DNA of 64,000 nucleotides from an uncultured Eubacteriales bacterium. GTDB lineage: Bacteria > Acidobacteriota > Aminicenantia > Aminicenantales > Aminicenantaceae. The notes beneath the pieces were generated by a model. The model did not search any database and had not been told where the DNA came from. It saw only the letters and a program-made list of their open reading frames with translations. Below, in pieces: positions 44,655-53,676 of this stretch. The translations under genes and the position numbers were made by a program. The stretch's first letter is position 1, and every line of letters starts with the position of its first letter. The stretch spans positions 817-64,816 of the forward strand of contig CAYOSH010000018.1 of the NCBI GenBank assembly GCA_964406575.1. Direction: 5' to 3'.

Positions 44655-46307
44655 ATGAAAATCGGCCAAAATTTGGTTTACAATAATCCATGGAAATCCG
44701 ACATGGAGATATCCGAACCAATGGATGAAAAAACATTTATAAAAACAGGAAATGCCGCTTTTGATGATCTCATTCCACAGATCAAGGCTTTTTTGATGTC
44801 GAACTCCCTCGATGTGGTCATCGATGGGAAAAGCATTCGAGGTTACCGTTCTTCAGATGCAAAATCGATCTGGATCAGGGATTATAGCGATATCCTCCGC
44901 GGCGTAAAGTACTTTGAAAAAGACCTTAAAAGCACAGTCGAACATTTTGCCGAGACTCAAGCTGTCAACGGCAGGATATTTGATTATTTCACCACGTTTC
45001 CCGAAAAGCTGCCCTGCGAGAAGGAGAACTGGACCAAATATGTCCGCGTTCCTGTTGAGGCTGATGTGGAGTATCGTTTTGTCAAGGCCGCTTATCTGGC
45101 CTGGCAGGCCACCGGCGATGATCCCTGGATCCAGGATCTGCTTCCGCATATGGAACGAGCCCTCCATTATGTGCTCTCCCATCCCTGGCGCTGGGATGAG
45201 TCCACTGGCCTTGTGAAGAGAGCCTACACCATCGACACCTGGGATTTTGCCTATACCGCCGGGAAACATGACTGGCTTCAGTTCCAGATTACAGACGATA
45301 CCTACTGGGGGATCATGCACGGTGACAACAGCGGATACTATGAGGCTTTTCATCTTATCGCGCGGATCTACGATCATTTTCAAAAAGAGGACATCGCACG
45401 TATCTGGAACGCCCGGGCCGAAGAATTGCGCACAAACATGAACAGGGTCTGTTGGAACGGGGCGTTTTACTGGCATTTTATGAAATTGTCATCCGTCCAC
45501 ATCCCTGGTGTGGACGAATCCGCTCAGCTCAGCCTCAGCAATCCGATGGATATCAACCGGGGAGTGCCCTCTCCACTCATGGCTCAATCGATCCTCCAAG
45601 AATACATCAAGCGGCGCAAAGACACAGATGCCTTTGCCGAATGGTTTTCTATCGATCCCCCCTTTCCCGCAGGCATTTTTGGGGATGAAAAACTCAAGCA
45701 AGGAGCGTATGTCAACGGAGGAATCATGCCACTGGTGGGTGGCGAATTAGCCAAAGCCGCTTTTGCCACCGGCTTTGAGGACTATGGCGTGGATATTCTG
45801 CTGCGTTATGTACAGATGATATCCGAGTCTAAGGCCACCTATCTCTGGTATTTTCCCGATGGGCGCCCCTGTGCAGCCGAAGAGAGCACCAGCCCGGAAG
45901 TATCACCCACTGATGGTTGGGGCTCGAGTGCGATGCTCTATGCTCTGATCGAAGGAATGGCCGGCATCGAAGACCGCAAAAAACTCTTCAAGAAATGTCA
46001 CATTGGCCCTTGCTGGCTTGCCGCAGGCATCAACGAAGCTGAAGTTCATGTGTCGTATGAGAGCTCAGGTGCTCAGATCAGCTATTCCATCAGTTATGAT
46101 AAAGACAGCGTTCATCTGCGTATTCAAGGAGCAGAATCCGATTGTCAGTTTCATATTCTTCTTCCGGAGAAATTGATGGCCGCATCTGTTTCTGTTGACG
46201 GACAAATTGTCCCGTTCTCCAATCAAAAGATTCGCCACAGCAACTATGTTGACTTTCAACACAAGATCGATGGGAATGTACCTGTGATCATCCACTTGGA
46301 AGAGTAA
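44655..46307 (+). CDS. hypothetical protein, probably (alpha/alpha)6 six-hairpin glycosidase-like
   Basis: 550 aa. Blocks YVNGGIMPLVGGELAKA and PTDGWGSSAMLYALIEGMAGI resemble six-hairpin glycoside hydrolases; the family is not identified. Alternative starts at 44703 and 44721 (the latter has GGAG upstream). Confidence 0.7.
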   Translation: MKIGQNLVYNNPWKSDMEISEPMDEKTFIKTGNAAFDDLIPQIKAFLMSNSLDVVIDGKSIRGYRSSDAKSIWIRDYSDILRGVKYFEKDLKSTVEHFAETQAVNGRIFDYFTTFPEKLPCEKENWTKYVRVPVEADVEYRFVKAAYLAWQATGDDPWIQDLLPHMERALHYVLSHPWRWDESTGLVKRAYTIDTWDFAYTAGKHDWLQFQITDDTYWGIMHGDNSGYYEAFHLIARIYDHFQKEDIARIWNARAEELRTNMNRVCWNGAFYWHFMKLSSVHIPGVDESAQLSLSNPMDINRGVPSPLMAQSILQEYIKRRKDTDAFAEWFSIDPPFPAGIFGDEKLKQGAYVNGGIMPLVGGELAKAAFATGFEDYGVDILLRYVQMISESKATYLWYFPDGRPCAAEESTSPEVSPTDGWGSSAMLYALIEGMAGIEDRKKLFKKCHIGPCWLAAGINEAEVHVSYESSGAQISYSISYDKDSVHLRIQGAESDCQFHILLPEKLMAASVSVDGQIVPFSNQKIRHSNYVDFQHKIDGNVPVIIHLEE

Positions 46308-46337
46308 TTAAGCCAAACTTGGATGAAGGAGGGATCT

Positions 46338-46841
46338 ATGAAAATGAGATGGCACGCGATCATTTTTGTTTTATTCTTGTGTATGTTCTTCCTCACTGTT
46401 AACTGCCAGAACAAAGGAAAAAAGGAGGAGATGTACACGCAAAGAGTCAGCGACCTCAGCGAGGTCATCCTCACCCAGTCATCGGCCTGCCTCAGCCAAT
46501 CCAAGGCCTACACCGCAGTCTGGGAATACGCAAAGGCCACGGGTGTCGATTTCGATACTGCGGCAAGAGACATTCTGGGGCCTGAGAGAGTGAAGGCCCT
46601 GGACCGGTTCGCTCAAAACAAAATGATGATCTTAGATTTCCTGGAGAAAATCAAAAATCCCCCTGAGAGATACCGGTCTTCGCATGAGAAACTTCTTGAA
46701 ATGGTTGACCTTTACATTTTGCTTAACGATATGGCCGTGAAACCTACCGGATCTCAAGAAGAGTACGAGGCATCTGTTTACAAACTGTATGATACGCTTT
46801 TGAAGAAAGCGGGTGAAGTAAACACATTGCTCGGGAGGTAA
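46338..46841 (+). CDS. hypothetical secreted protein
   Basis: ATG at 46338 is preceded by AAGGAGGG. Signal peptide MKMRWHAIIFVLFLCMFFLTVNC. Helical mature part. Confidence 0.65.
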   Translation: MKMRWHAIIFVLFLCMFFLTVNCQNKGKKEEMYTQRVSDLSEVILTQSSACLSQSKAYTAVWEYAKATGVDFDTAARDILGPERVKALDRFAQNKMMILDFLEKIKNPPERYRSSHEKLLEMVDLYILLNDMAVKPTGSQEEYEASVYKLYDTLLKKAGEVNTLLGR

Positions 46842-46917
46842 TTCTATTTTTAGAGATTGTTTAAAATCAAGCCTGAATAAGCTACAGTTGTGTTCCTAGG
46901 ACACGAATTTGGAGATT

Positions 46918-47412
46918 ATGATGGATGAGCAAAAAGTCTATGAGACCTTAGAGGAACTCGAAATTGCCTATACGAAGCACAAGCACCCGCCGGTCTATAC
47001 TGTGGAGGAGGCTGAACAACACTGGGAAAATATCACGGGCGTGCATTGCAAGAATTTATTCCTCCGCAACAAAAAAGGAAAGAATCACTATCTTGTTGTT
47101 GTTGAAAGCACAAAAAGAGTGGATCTTAAATCGCTTACGAGACGGATTGGAGAGGACCGGTTGAGCTTTGCCTCGCCAGAACGTTTGATGCGATATCTCG
47201 GGCTTGAGCCTGGGGCTGTCTCTCCTTTCGGATTGATCAACGACCTGGAGAAAGCGGTGTTGGTTATTGTTGACCAGGATTTGAAAGAGGCCACCCTTGT
47301 CAATTTTCATCCCAATGTCAACACAGCGACCGTGGGGATTTCATTTGCGGATTTCCAAAAGTTTCTCGCCCACTGCGGCAACTCAATCCGGTATCTTTAC
47401 TTTGAGTCGTGA
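46918..47412 (+). CDS. prolyl-tRNA synthetase-associated (ProX/YbaK-like) deacylase domain protein
   Basis: ..YTKHKHPPVYTVEEAE...CKNLFLRNKKGKNHYLVVVESTKRVDLKSL..LGLEPGAVSPFGL.. matches the ProX/PrdX family. The start could be 46918 or 46921 (GGAG upstream). Confidence 0.85.
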   Translation: MMDEQKVYETLEELEIAYTKHKHPPVYTVEEAEQHWENITGVHCKNLFLRNKKGKNHYLVVVESTKRVDLKSLTRRIGEDRLSFASPERLMRYLGLEPGAVSPFGLINDLEKAVLVIVDQDLKEATLVNFHPNVNTATVGISFADFQKFLAHCGNSIRYLYFES

Positions 47413-47477
47413 CATAGACTCCGAAGAAAGAACAAAAGGCGTTTCTCCTATTCACCGTGTTCTTCACAATTAGCACG

Positions 47478-48242
47478 ATGAACGAATCGCAATTCTTCAA
47501 TTTTCTGCTTTATCTATTTGGGGGGATGGCTGCGGTCGTGTTCATCCTTCTCTTTTTTGTAAGCGCTCCTTACGGGCGGCATTCCCGACCCGGACGGGGG
47601 GCTCGCATCTCCAACAGATTGGGCTGGCTCCTGATGGAGGCCCCGGCCGCGATACTTTTCTTTGCCTATTTTCTTTTGAGCGATCGCAAGACAGATCTCG
47701 TCCCCATTTTTTTCCTCATTTTATGGCAGAGCCATTATCTGTATCGCGCATTCGTTTATCCTTTCACGCTTCAGAAAAAAAGATCCATGACGCTGACAGT
47801 TGTCCTTTTTGCGCTGATTTTTAATATCTTCAATACCTATATCCAGGCGCGGTGGATCTTCAGCCTTTCTCCTGAGATGGCATACACAATCGACTGGTTC
47901 AAAGACTTCCGCTTTATCATTGGCGCCATGATGTTCTATGGCGGCTATGCCCTCAATTGGTATGCAGACAGGCTGCTCCGACTTTTACGCCAACCCGGCG
48001 GAGCCGAATACACAATCCCGAAAAAAGGACTTTTTCGTCTTGTTTCTTGTCCAAATTATCTGGGTGAGATCATCCAGTGGTTCGGTTGGGCCATCGCTCT
48101 TTGGGCAATTCCGGGCCTGATATTTGCTCTCTGGACTGTGGCCAATCTTTTGCCGAGAGCTCGCTCCCACCATCTGTGGTACAGAGACACTTTTCCGGAT
48201 TATCCTCGGGAGCGGAAAGCGCTCATTCCTTATATATATTAA
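47478..48242 (+). CDS. 3-oxo-5-alpha-steroid 4-dehydrogenase (steroid 5-alpha-reductase) family membrane protein
   Basis: GLFRLVSCPNYLGEIIQWFGWAI is the SRD5A C-terminal signature. ATG at 47478 was chosen; the track uses GTG at 47457. Confidence 0.85.
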   Translation: MNESQFFNFLLYLFGGMAAVVFILLFFVSAPYGRHSRPGRGARISNRLGWLLMEAPAAILFFAYFLLSDRKTDLVPIFFLILWQSHYLYRAFVYPFTLQKKRSMTLTVVLFALIFNIFNTYIQARWIFSLSPEMAYTIDWFKDFRFIIGAMMFYGGYALNWYADRLLRLLRQPGGAEYTIPKKGLFRLVSCPNYLGEIIQWFGWAIALWAIPGLIFALWTVANLLPRARSHHLWYRDTFPDYPRERKALIPYIY

Positions 48243-48486
48243 GTATGATACAGAATCCTTCGCGAATTTCTATCGCCCGGCCTTTCTCTGATATCTTTTT
48301 GATACTCTTGAGGACAAACGAAATCTTCTCAGAGCTTATCGAGACTATGAGATCGTCTCTTTCTCGGATAATCCAGCTAGAATATTTTAGTTTCCAGGGA
48401 AGGTTTATGATGGAGTTATTCTCGGTCAGTGAACATGGTTTCTATGAGCTTCCATCCTGACCTCTCGCTCAACAACATCCCAGATG

Positions 48487-49194
48487 TCATTGAGATCCGG
48501 ATATGAGTTTTTCTATGATGCGGATCCGCCAGATCCAGATGATCAGGATGAGGAGGGAAGATCCGATACGAAGGGCTGGCGATGTTGTTAAAAAGTTGAA
48601 CAGGCCGTGGAAAAGGGCCGCGAACCCCATACCCAGAAGAATTGCTTTAAGAACCGACCTGGACTTCAGGTGGGCTAAACCCACAGCATATCCCCAGATT
48701 GAAGAGAAGATCGTATGCGTCAAGGGTGAGGCGAACGCTCTGCCGAAGAGCTCCAAACCTTCCATGTAGGCAAGATAGCGCGAATTTTCGACACTGGCAA
48801 AACCGAGTGCAATGACCGATGCGTAAATGATCCCATCGATCTCTTCATCGAAGGATTTGAATCTCAAGACGATTAAGAAAAATGGAAGGAATTTGCAACA
48901 TTCTTCGATGAGTCCTGTGATGCCGATGGAATAGAATAAAAATTGCAGCCGGTTTGTATCTATAAGAGCACTGGGATCTTCTGGGATTCCCAGCAAGGGA
49001 AGGAGCTTATAGAGTTGTATGGCAAGAATAGCGGAGAGAAGGCCCAAGATATAGGTGATCCCGATGGTTCTGAAGGGTTCGGGTTGGACCCGATCTTGGA
49101 AATACAGATAACCGAGCCAGAAGATCGCTGGGGCGATAATCCCGGACAGTATGATCCAGATCGACATGGATTCTCTTAGATAGGATTTTATCAT
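48487..49194 (-). CDS. PrsW family intramembrane metalloprotease
   Basis: GLIEECCKFLPF (EExxK) and FHGLFNF (HxxxN) motifs. 7-8 TM helices. Confidence 0.88.
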   Translation of the reverse strand: MIKSYLRESMSIWIILSGIIAPAIFWLGYLYFQDRVQPEPFRTIGITYILGLLSAILAIQLYKLLPLLGIPEDPSALIDTNRLQFLFYSIGITGLIEECCKFLPFFLIVLRFKSFDEEIDGIIYASVIALGFASVENSRYLAYMEGLELFGRAFASPLTHTIFSSIWGYAVGLAHLKSRSVLKAILLGMGFAALFHGLFNFLTTSPALRIGSSLLILIIWIWRIRIIEKLISGSQ

Positions 49195-49261
49195 AAAAAC
49201 AAATTGATTTCGGATGCATTTTTAAATTCATATCCCATAAAAAAAAGGCCAATATATGTTT

Positions 49262-49423
49262 TGTAGGGTCGGTTCCCCGAACCGACCGCAAAGAATAACG
49301 AAGTTATCGATAATGTCGGTTCCATTCCTCGAACCGGCCGCACAGAATAGCGAGGTTATCGATGATGTAGGGTCCATTCCCCGAATGGACCGAGAAAGAA
49401 CGGACCGTTTGGGAAATGGTTTC
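49262..49423 (+). repeat. tandem array (about 52-nt period, 3 units) of REP-like hairpin elements plus tail module
   Basis: Unit 1 core at 49263-49287 is GTAGGGTCGGTTCCCCGAACCGACC. Unit 2 (49314-49365) is a variant, GTCGGTTCCATTCCTCGAACCGGCC. Unit 3 core at 49367-49391 is GTAGGGTCCATTCCCCGAATGGACC, followed by CGGACCGTTTGGGAAATGGTTTC. The inter-unit linkers are also similar (AAGAATAACGAAGTTATCGATAA versus CAGAATAGCGAGGTTATCGATGA). Confidence 0.75.
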
Positions 49424-49594
49424 TATAAGCCGCACCGCTGTCTCGTCAGGCGATTCGAAATCACCGATTGGGACTCTCGGCCGTCATTTATCACGAATTC
49501 AGAAAAAATGGTTGCGGCCTTTTAATCTTGACAAGGCCCGCACAGAAATCTAATCTTGATCATAGCTCGCAGAATGTTATTGAGAGATTCGAGG

Positions 49595-50581
49595 ATGAAA
49601 AAACTAAAAGTCGGGATCGATAATTATGGCTTGTCTCCTTTAGGATTAACTCCTCTCCAAATACTCCAGTGGGCAAAAGACAACGGTGCCGAAGGCGTGC
49701 ACTTTTCAGGGCTGATCCCGGAGGAAAAGCATAAAGCAGATCCATCCTATTTGAAAGATCTCTCTCAGTTTGCTGCATCCCATCACCTTTACCTGGAATG
49801 GGGAGGCGGCCAACACATTCCTTTTGACATGGAGACTTGGGAGAAGAAAGAGATCTTCGACGTCAACAGAAAGGCAGCCAGTGAAGCAGAGATATTGGGC
49901 ACCCGGGTCGTCCGCTCCTGTTCGGGCGGGTTGATGCGCTGGAATCCTGCGAGTCCCAAACTCGATATTCTGCTCGATGAGACAGCCTCGACTCTGCGTT
50001 CTCAAAGGGAAATGCTCCAGGACCACAATGTCATCCTAGCTATAGAAACACATTTCGAATTCACGACATTCGAACTCTTGCGTCTCTTCGATATGTGCAA
50101 AACCGAACCCGGCGAATATCTGGGCATATGCCTCGACACCATGAACCTGCTCACCATGCTGGAGGAGCCCGTCCAAGCCGTCGAACGGATCCTCCCTTGG
50201 ATTGTCTGCACCCATGTCAAGGATGGCGGTGTGATCTTGGGCTCAGAAGGACTGGTCTCCTTTCCTTTGGAAATAGGGAAGGGGGTGGTAGACCTCCGGC
50301 AGATTATAGCCCTTTTAAAAACTCTCCCACAAGAAGTGAATCTTTCGATCGAAGACCATGGGGGGAGTTTTTCTCTGCCCGTGTTCGACCCTCGATTCCT
50401 TATCGGATTTCCGGACCTGTCTCGGGATGAGTTCATCAGACTCGTTCAGCTGGCGTATTCCACACAAGAAAAGATGGAGCATGAAGGATTAACTATTGTC
50501 GATAGAGAAAAATGGCCTGAGATATGCGAGGAGCGTCTTAAGAAGGATGTTTTGGCATTAAAAGGGATCGCCTCAACTTAA
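49595..50581 (+). CDS. sugar phosphate isomerase/epimerase (xylose isomerase-like TIM barrel)
   Basis: ..AKDNGAEGVHF.., ..ILAIETHFEF.. and ..HVKDG.. are typical AP-endonuclease-2/TIM-barrel motifs. ATG at 49595 was chosen; the track uses TTG at 49556. Confidence 0.85.
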   Translation: MKKLKVGIDNYGLSPLGLTPLQILQWAKDNGAEGVHFSGLIPEEKHKADPSYLKDLSQFAASHHLYLEWGGGQHIPFDMETWEKKEIFDVNRKAASEAEILGTRVVRSCSGGLMRWNPASPKLDILLDETASTLRSQREMLQDHNVILAIETHFEFTTFELLRLFDMCKTEPGEYLGICLDTMNLLTMLEEPVQAVERILPWIVCTHVKDGGVILGSEGLVSFPLEIGKGVVDLRQIIALLKTLPQEVNLSIEDHGGSFSLPVFDPRFLIGFPDLSRDEFIRLVQLAYSTQEKMEHEGLTIVDREKWPEICEERLKKDVLALKGIAST

Positions 50582-50615
50582 CACAATACCACTTATTGTT
50601 GATATCATTCATGTC

Positions 50616-50640
50616 GGTCCGGTACGGGACCGGACCCTAC
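50616..50640 (-). repeat. REP-like 25-nt hairpin element (reverse orientation)
   Basis: The reverse complement reads GTAGGGTCCGGTCCCGTACCGGACC, with a perfect 8-bp stem (GGTCCGGT/ACCGGACC). It lies between convergent genes. Confidence 0.6.
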
Positions 50641-50658
50641 ATCATTGCGAGTGTATGC

Positions 50659-53433
50659 TTAGAGATTCGTGGATGTGGCGGTCCCGTAATAAATGCCGTT
50701 AAAGAGGAATTTGAATGTGCCGTGAGGCTGGGCACGGAACGTGATCTCCGGGCCGAAAAGAAAGAGTTTGCCTTTGCCCACGTGCGCTTCCACAACAGTC
50801 ACTCCTCCTTTGAGATAATGCTGCCCCCAGGCCCATCCGCTGCGCAGAGGCTTGTCAGTTGTGAACCAAGCTACTGGTCTCGCTTTGGAAAACACGGACT
50901 CGGGCATGAGATGAAAGACGGGGCTCCTGTTGAAATATACATCCAGTTCATCTGGCAGTCCATAGGCCAGAGGGTTTGTATTGTCAACTTTGACCCGAAG
51001 GATTGAGCCGGGAATAAAAAATTTGGATGCGGGCAGGGACTGTTCTTTTCCATCAGCTGTTCTCTCAACTAATGCATCGCTTATAGGGACATCCAGAAAA
51101 TAGCCCAAAGTTGTTGAGCTCCCGATCGTGAGGATGGCACCCCCATCTTCAAGGAAACTCTCAAGCTGAGGGATCGTTTTCTCCTCGCTCACCTGGCCGA
51201 GCATGTTTCTGTATTGGGCAGGGATAGTTTCCGGGTCGGGTTGTTCCCCCCTGAAGTATTGCGAAACTTCATCTTCCGTCTTTGCAGGAATAGCTCCCCC
51301 AACAAAGATGAGGACATCAAATTCGCTCTTGAGGTTGCCGGCATCAAGCCTCTGCGGATAGACCACCTCGAAGTCGAATTCGAATTGTTCCATCAGCCAT
51401 TGGACCCAACCCGAAGACATCGACCCCCCATACCGATCCCAGAGGCCTATGCGTGGTGCCTTCAGCTGGAACACTTCCCCCGCGGGTTTAGTGGTGACCG
51501 ATTCGAAAGACAATCCCTTCTCTCGCGCCAATTCTTCAAGTTTTGGCTTTGTGGATGTTTTCACGGGGATGTAGACAGCACCGTCAGGCAATATTCTTCC
51601 GTTGATCTTGATCGGGTCCTTGAGCCAGTAAACATCCTCTCCGTTTTTAAGGAGCCGATTGATGGCGGTAAATGCATCGTTCACCCTGTGGTCCAATATA
51701 TATCCCGTTTCGTCATTTCCTGACACCCTGCCCTCGGGAACCTTTGACACGCCTTCCAGTTTTTCGAAAGGGCCATCAAATCGCTCGAGGATCCGGTCGA
51801 ATTCCACTCCCATCTGGAAAGCCAGCGTGTAGCCTGCGCTGTCATACGGGGCACGCGGGGGGCCTCCGGGGTAGGGGATGTCGTCTGGGTAATGTTGAGG
51901 TTCGAACATGTCGATCACATGCGGACGAAAAGCTTGCGCCGATTTTACAATAAAAGAACCCGCCGGGTATGTTTTTCCTTCAACTTTGAAGGACTGGGAT
52001 ACACGAAGGACCGTGATTCCGTTTTTGATGAGTGTGTTGATGAACTTGGTCGCGGTGAGGAAATCCGGCTGGTCTGAGGGAATGATGAATCCTCTCGGAT
52101 CTCTAGCTTCTGGGTCCCGCAGGACCTCAAAATATTTTGGATCATAACCCTGTGACCTTCGGCCTTCTCCCATGGGTTTGGCATCATCCTTTTTTATGGC
52201 AGCCTGAACGGCTTCGATCCTGCGCGGAGTTATCGTCCAGTTGTCACGGCTGCCCTTTTCGATGGAGTTTTTTCCCATCTGGTAGATGTTGAAGAGGAAA
52301 TTTTCCCTGAGTTTTGCGGCTGTGTCGAGAATCGCACGGTCGGCGGTGATACTGTATTCGATCGAGTTGCGAAAATGCCACGTCTGCGGAGCGATGGGAA
52401 AGGGATAGTCACCGTTGGCAAGATGTTTCTCAGGCAGAAAGGGGATTGTCACAGGTGTAGGATTACCGATCATCTCTGTAAGGATCCCGATCATGTTGTG
52501 AAAGTAAGGGGTGCAGCGTAGACAGCCGTTCCACCAGGTTTGATACCAGGCGCCCTCTCTCATCGTGGACCCGGGTTTACCCTCTGCAATAAAGCGGCTG
52601 TGCATGGCTGCACCAACCACATCGATGCCCAGAACGAGGAGCGGGTCGTAGTTGTAGTTAAAAGGTTCGCGGAAAGGAGGCGCAAAAAGAACTGCACCCG
52701 CTGGGCCGGTCTGATGCTGGTTGTACACAATCTGGGGGAACCACTCGCGGTAGAGGACCCGATTGATGATCTCTGTTTCTTTCATGTTAACCATGTAAAA
52801 ATCACGGTTGTTATCGTGGCCCACATATTTCTGATACAGGTAGGGAAGTCCCTGTGTGGATCTTTGTTTGGGGTCAGGATTCCGCATGTACCAGTTCCCG
52901 ACGCTTTCCATGCCATCAGGATTTGAGATGAGCGCCAGGAGGATTACCTTGTCCAGGATCCGGAGGGTTTCGGCATCATTGCCGCTCACCATCTGGTAGA
53001 CGAGTTCCAGCTCCTGCTGAGCGCCGGAGACTTCAGTCGCATGGATCCCTCCATCGATCCAGACAACTGCTTTGCCCTCTTCGGCCAGAGTGCGGGCCTC
53101 ATTTTCGATGAGTCCTTCAGCCAGTGCAAGACGTTTTGCAATCTCTTTCCAGTGAGCGAGATCCTTGTGATTCTCGGGCGAAGTGATGACGGCCATGATC
53201 ATGGCGCGCCCTTCCGAAGTCGTCCCGATCTCCTCCAGTATCATCCGCGGGGATTCCTGTTCAAGTTTTTTCCAGTAATCAACCAGCTGGGAGTAGGTCG
53301 CCAGCCAATAATCGTCTCCGATGTCGTGGCCGAACTGCTTTCTGGGAGTTGTTATCTTATTTTGGGACAGCACGGGTGTGCTAAGCAAAGTCAAACTCAG
53401 AAAACAAAAGATGAGTGTTCTGACTCGACTCAT
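50659..53433 (-). CDS. M14 family metallocarboxypeptidase with large C-terminal extension, secreted
   Basis: 924 aa with a signal peptide. VWIDGGIHATEVSGAQ (HxxE zinc site) and ..SNPDG.. motifs. The C-terminal part has GATase1/ThuA-like blocks (DVLIFVGG, GGAILTIGSS). Confidence 0.9.
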   Translation of the reverse strand: MSRVRTLIFCFLSLTLLSTPVLSQNKITTPRKQFGHDIGDDYWLATYSQLVDYWKKLEQESPRMILEEIGTTSEGRAMIMAVITSPENHKDLAHWKEIAKRLALAEGLIENEARTLAEEGKAVVWIDGGIHATEVSGAQQELELVYQMVSGNDAETLRILDKVILLALISNPDGMESVGNWYMRNPDPKQRSTQGLPYLYQKYVGHDNNRDFYMVNMKETEIINRVLYREWFPQIVYNQHQTGPAGAVLFAPPFREPFNYNYDPLLVLGIDVVGAAMHSRFIAEGKPGSTMREGAWYQTWWNGCLRCTPYFHNMIGILTEMIGNPTPVTIPFLPEKHLANGDYPFPIAPQTWHFRNSIEYSITADRAILDTAAKLRENFLFNIYQMGKNSIEKGSRDNWTITPRRIEAVQAAIKKDDAKPMGEGRRSQGYDPKYFEVLRDPEARDPRGFIIPSDQPDFLTATKFINTLIKNGITVLRVSQSFKVEGKTYPAGSFIVKSAQAFRPHVIDMFEPQHYPDDIPYPGGPPRAPYDSAGYTLAFQMGVEFDRILERFDGPFEKLEGVSKVPEGRVSGNDETGYILDHRVNDAFTAINRLLKNGEDVYWLKDPIKINGRILPDGAVYIPVKTSTKPKLEELAREKGLSFESVTTKPAGEVFQLKAPRIGLWDRYGGSMSSGWVQWLMEQFEFDFEVVYPQRLDAGNLKSEFDVLIFVGGAIPAKTEDEVSQYFRGEQPDPETIPAQYRNMLGQVSEEKTIPQLESFLEDGGAILTIGSSTTLGYFLDVPISDALVERTADGKEQSLPASKFFIPGSILRVKVDNTNPLAYGLPDELDVYFNRSPVFHLMPESVFSKARPVAWFTTDKPLRSGWAWGQHYLKGGVTVVEAHVGKGKLFLFGPEITFRAQPHGTFKFLFNGIYYGTATSTNL

Positions 53434-53545
53434 AGGATTTTTCCTTTCCTTTTATGATTCGTCACTTTTAGCTTTTTACTTTATACTCTGCGGATTCAAC
53501 AATCAACTACTTTATGGCTGTTTTGAGTCGATCCGAATCTGGGCT

Positions 53546-53588
53546 GCAGGGTCCATTCCCCGAACGGACCGTTTGGGAAATGGTCCTC
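53546..53588 (+). repeat. REP-like element with tail module
   Basis: GCAGGGTCCATTCCCCGAACGGACC is followed by GTTTGGGAAATGGTCC. The core differs at 2 of 25 positions from the unit at 49367. Confidence 0.65.
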
Positions 53589-53676
53589 ACATAAACCTGT
53601 TCCCTTTAAAACCTGTTGTCGAAAGTGAATTCGATTTGCTAAATTATGGTAAGCTAGAGCTAAGTGAGATGTTCAG

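Noticed and set aside
44853-45476. 207-aa ORF on the minus strand
   Set aside because: It is antisense to the 550-aa glycosidase-like gene. It has no start context or motifs, and the plus-strand frame is continuous for 1.6 kb.
49262-49423. Possible CRISPR array
   Set aside because: There are only about 3 units. The sequences between the hairpins are themselves conserved between units, so they are not unique spacers. The same hairpin occurs singly at five other intergenic sites, and no cas genes are present.
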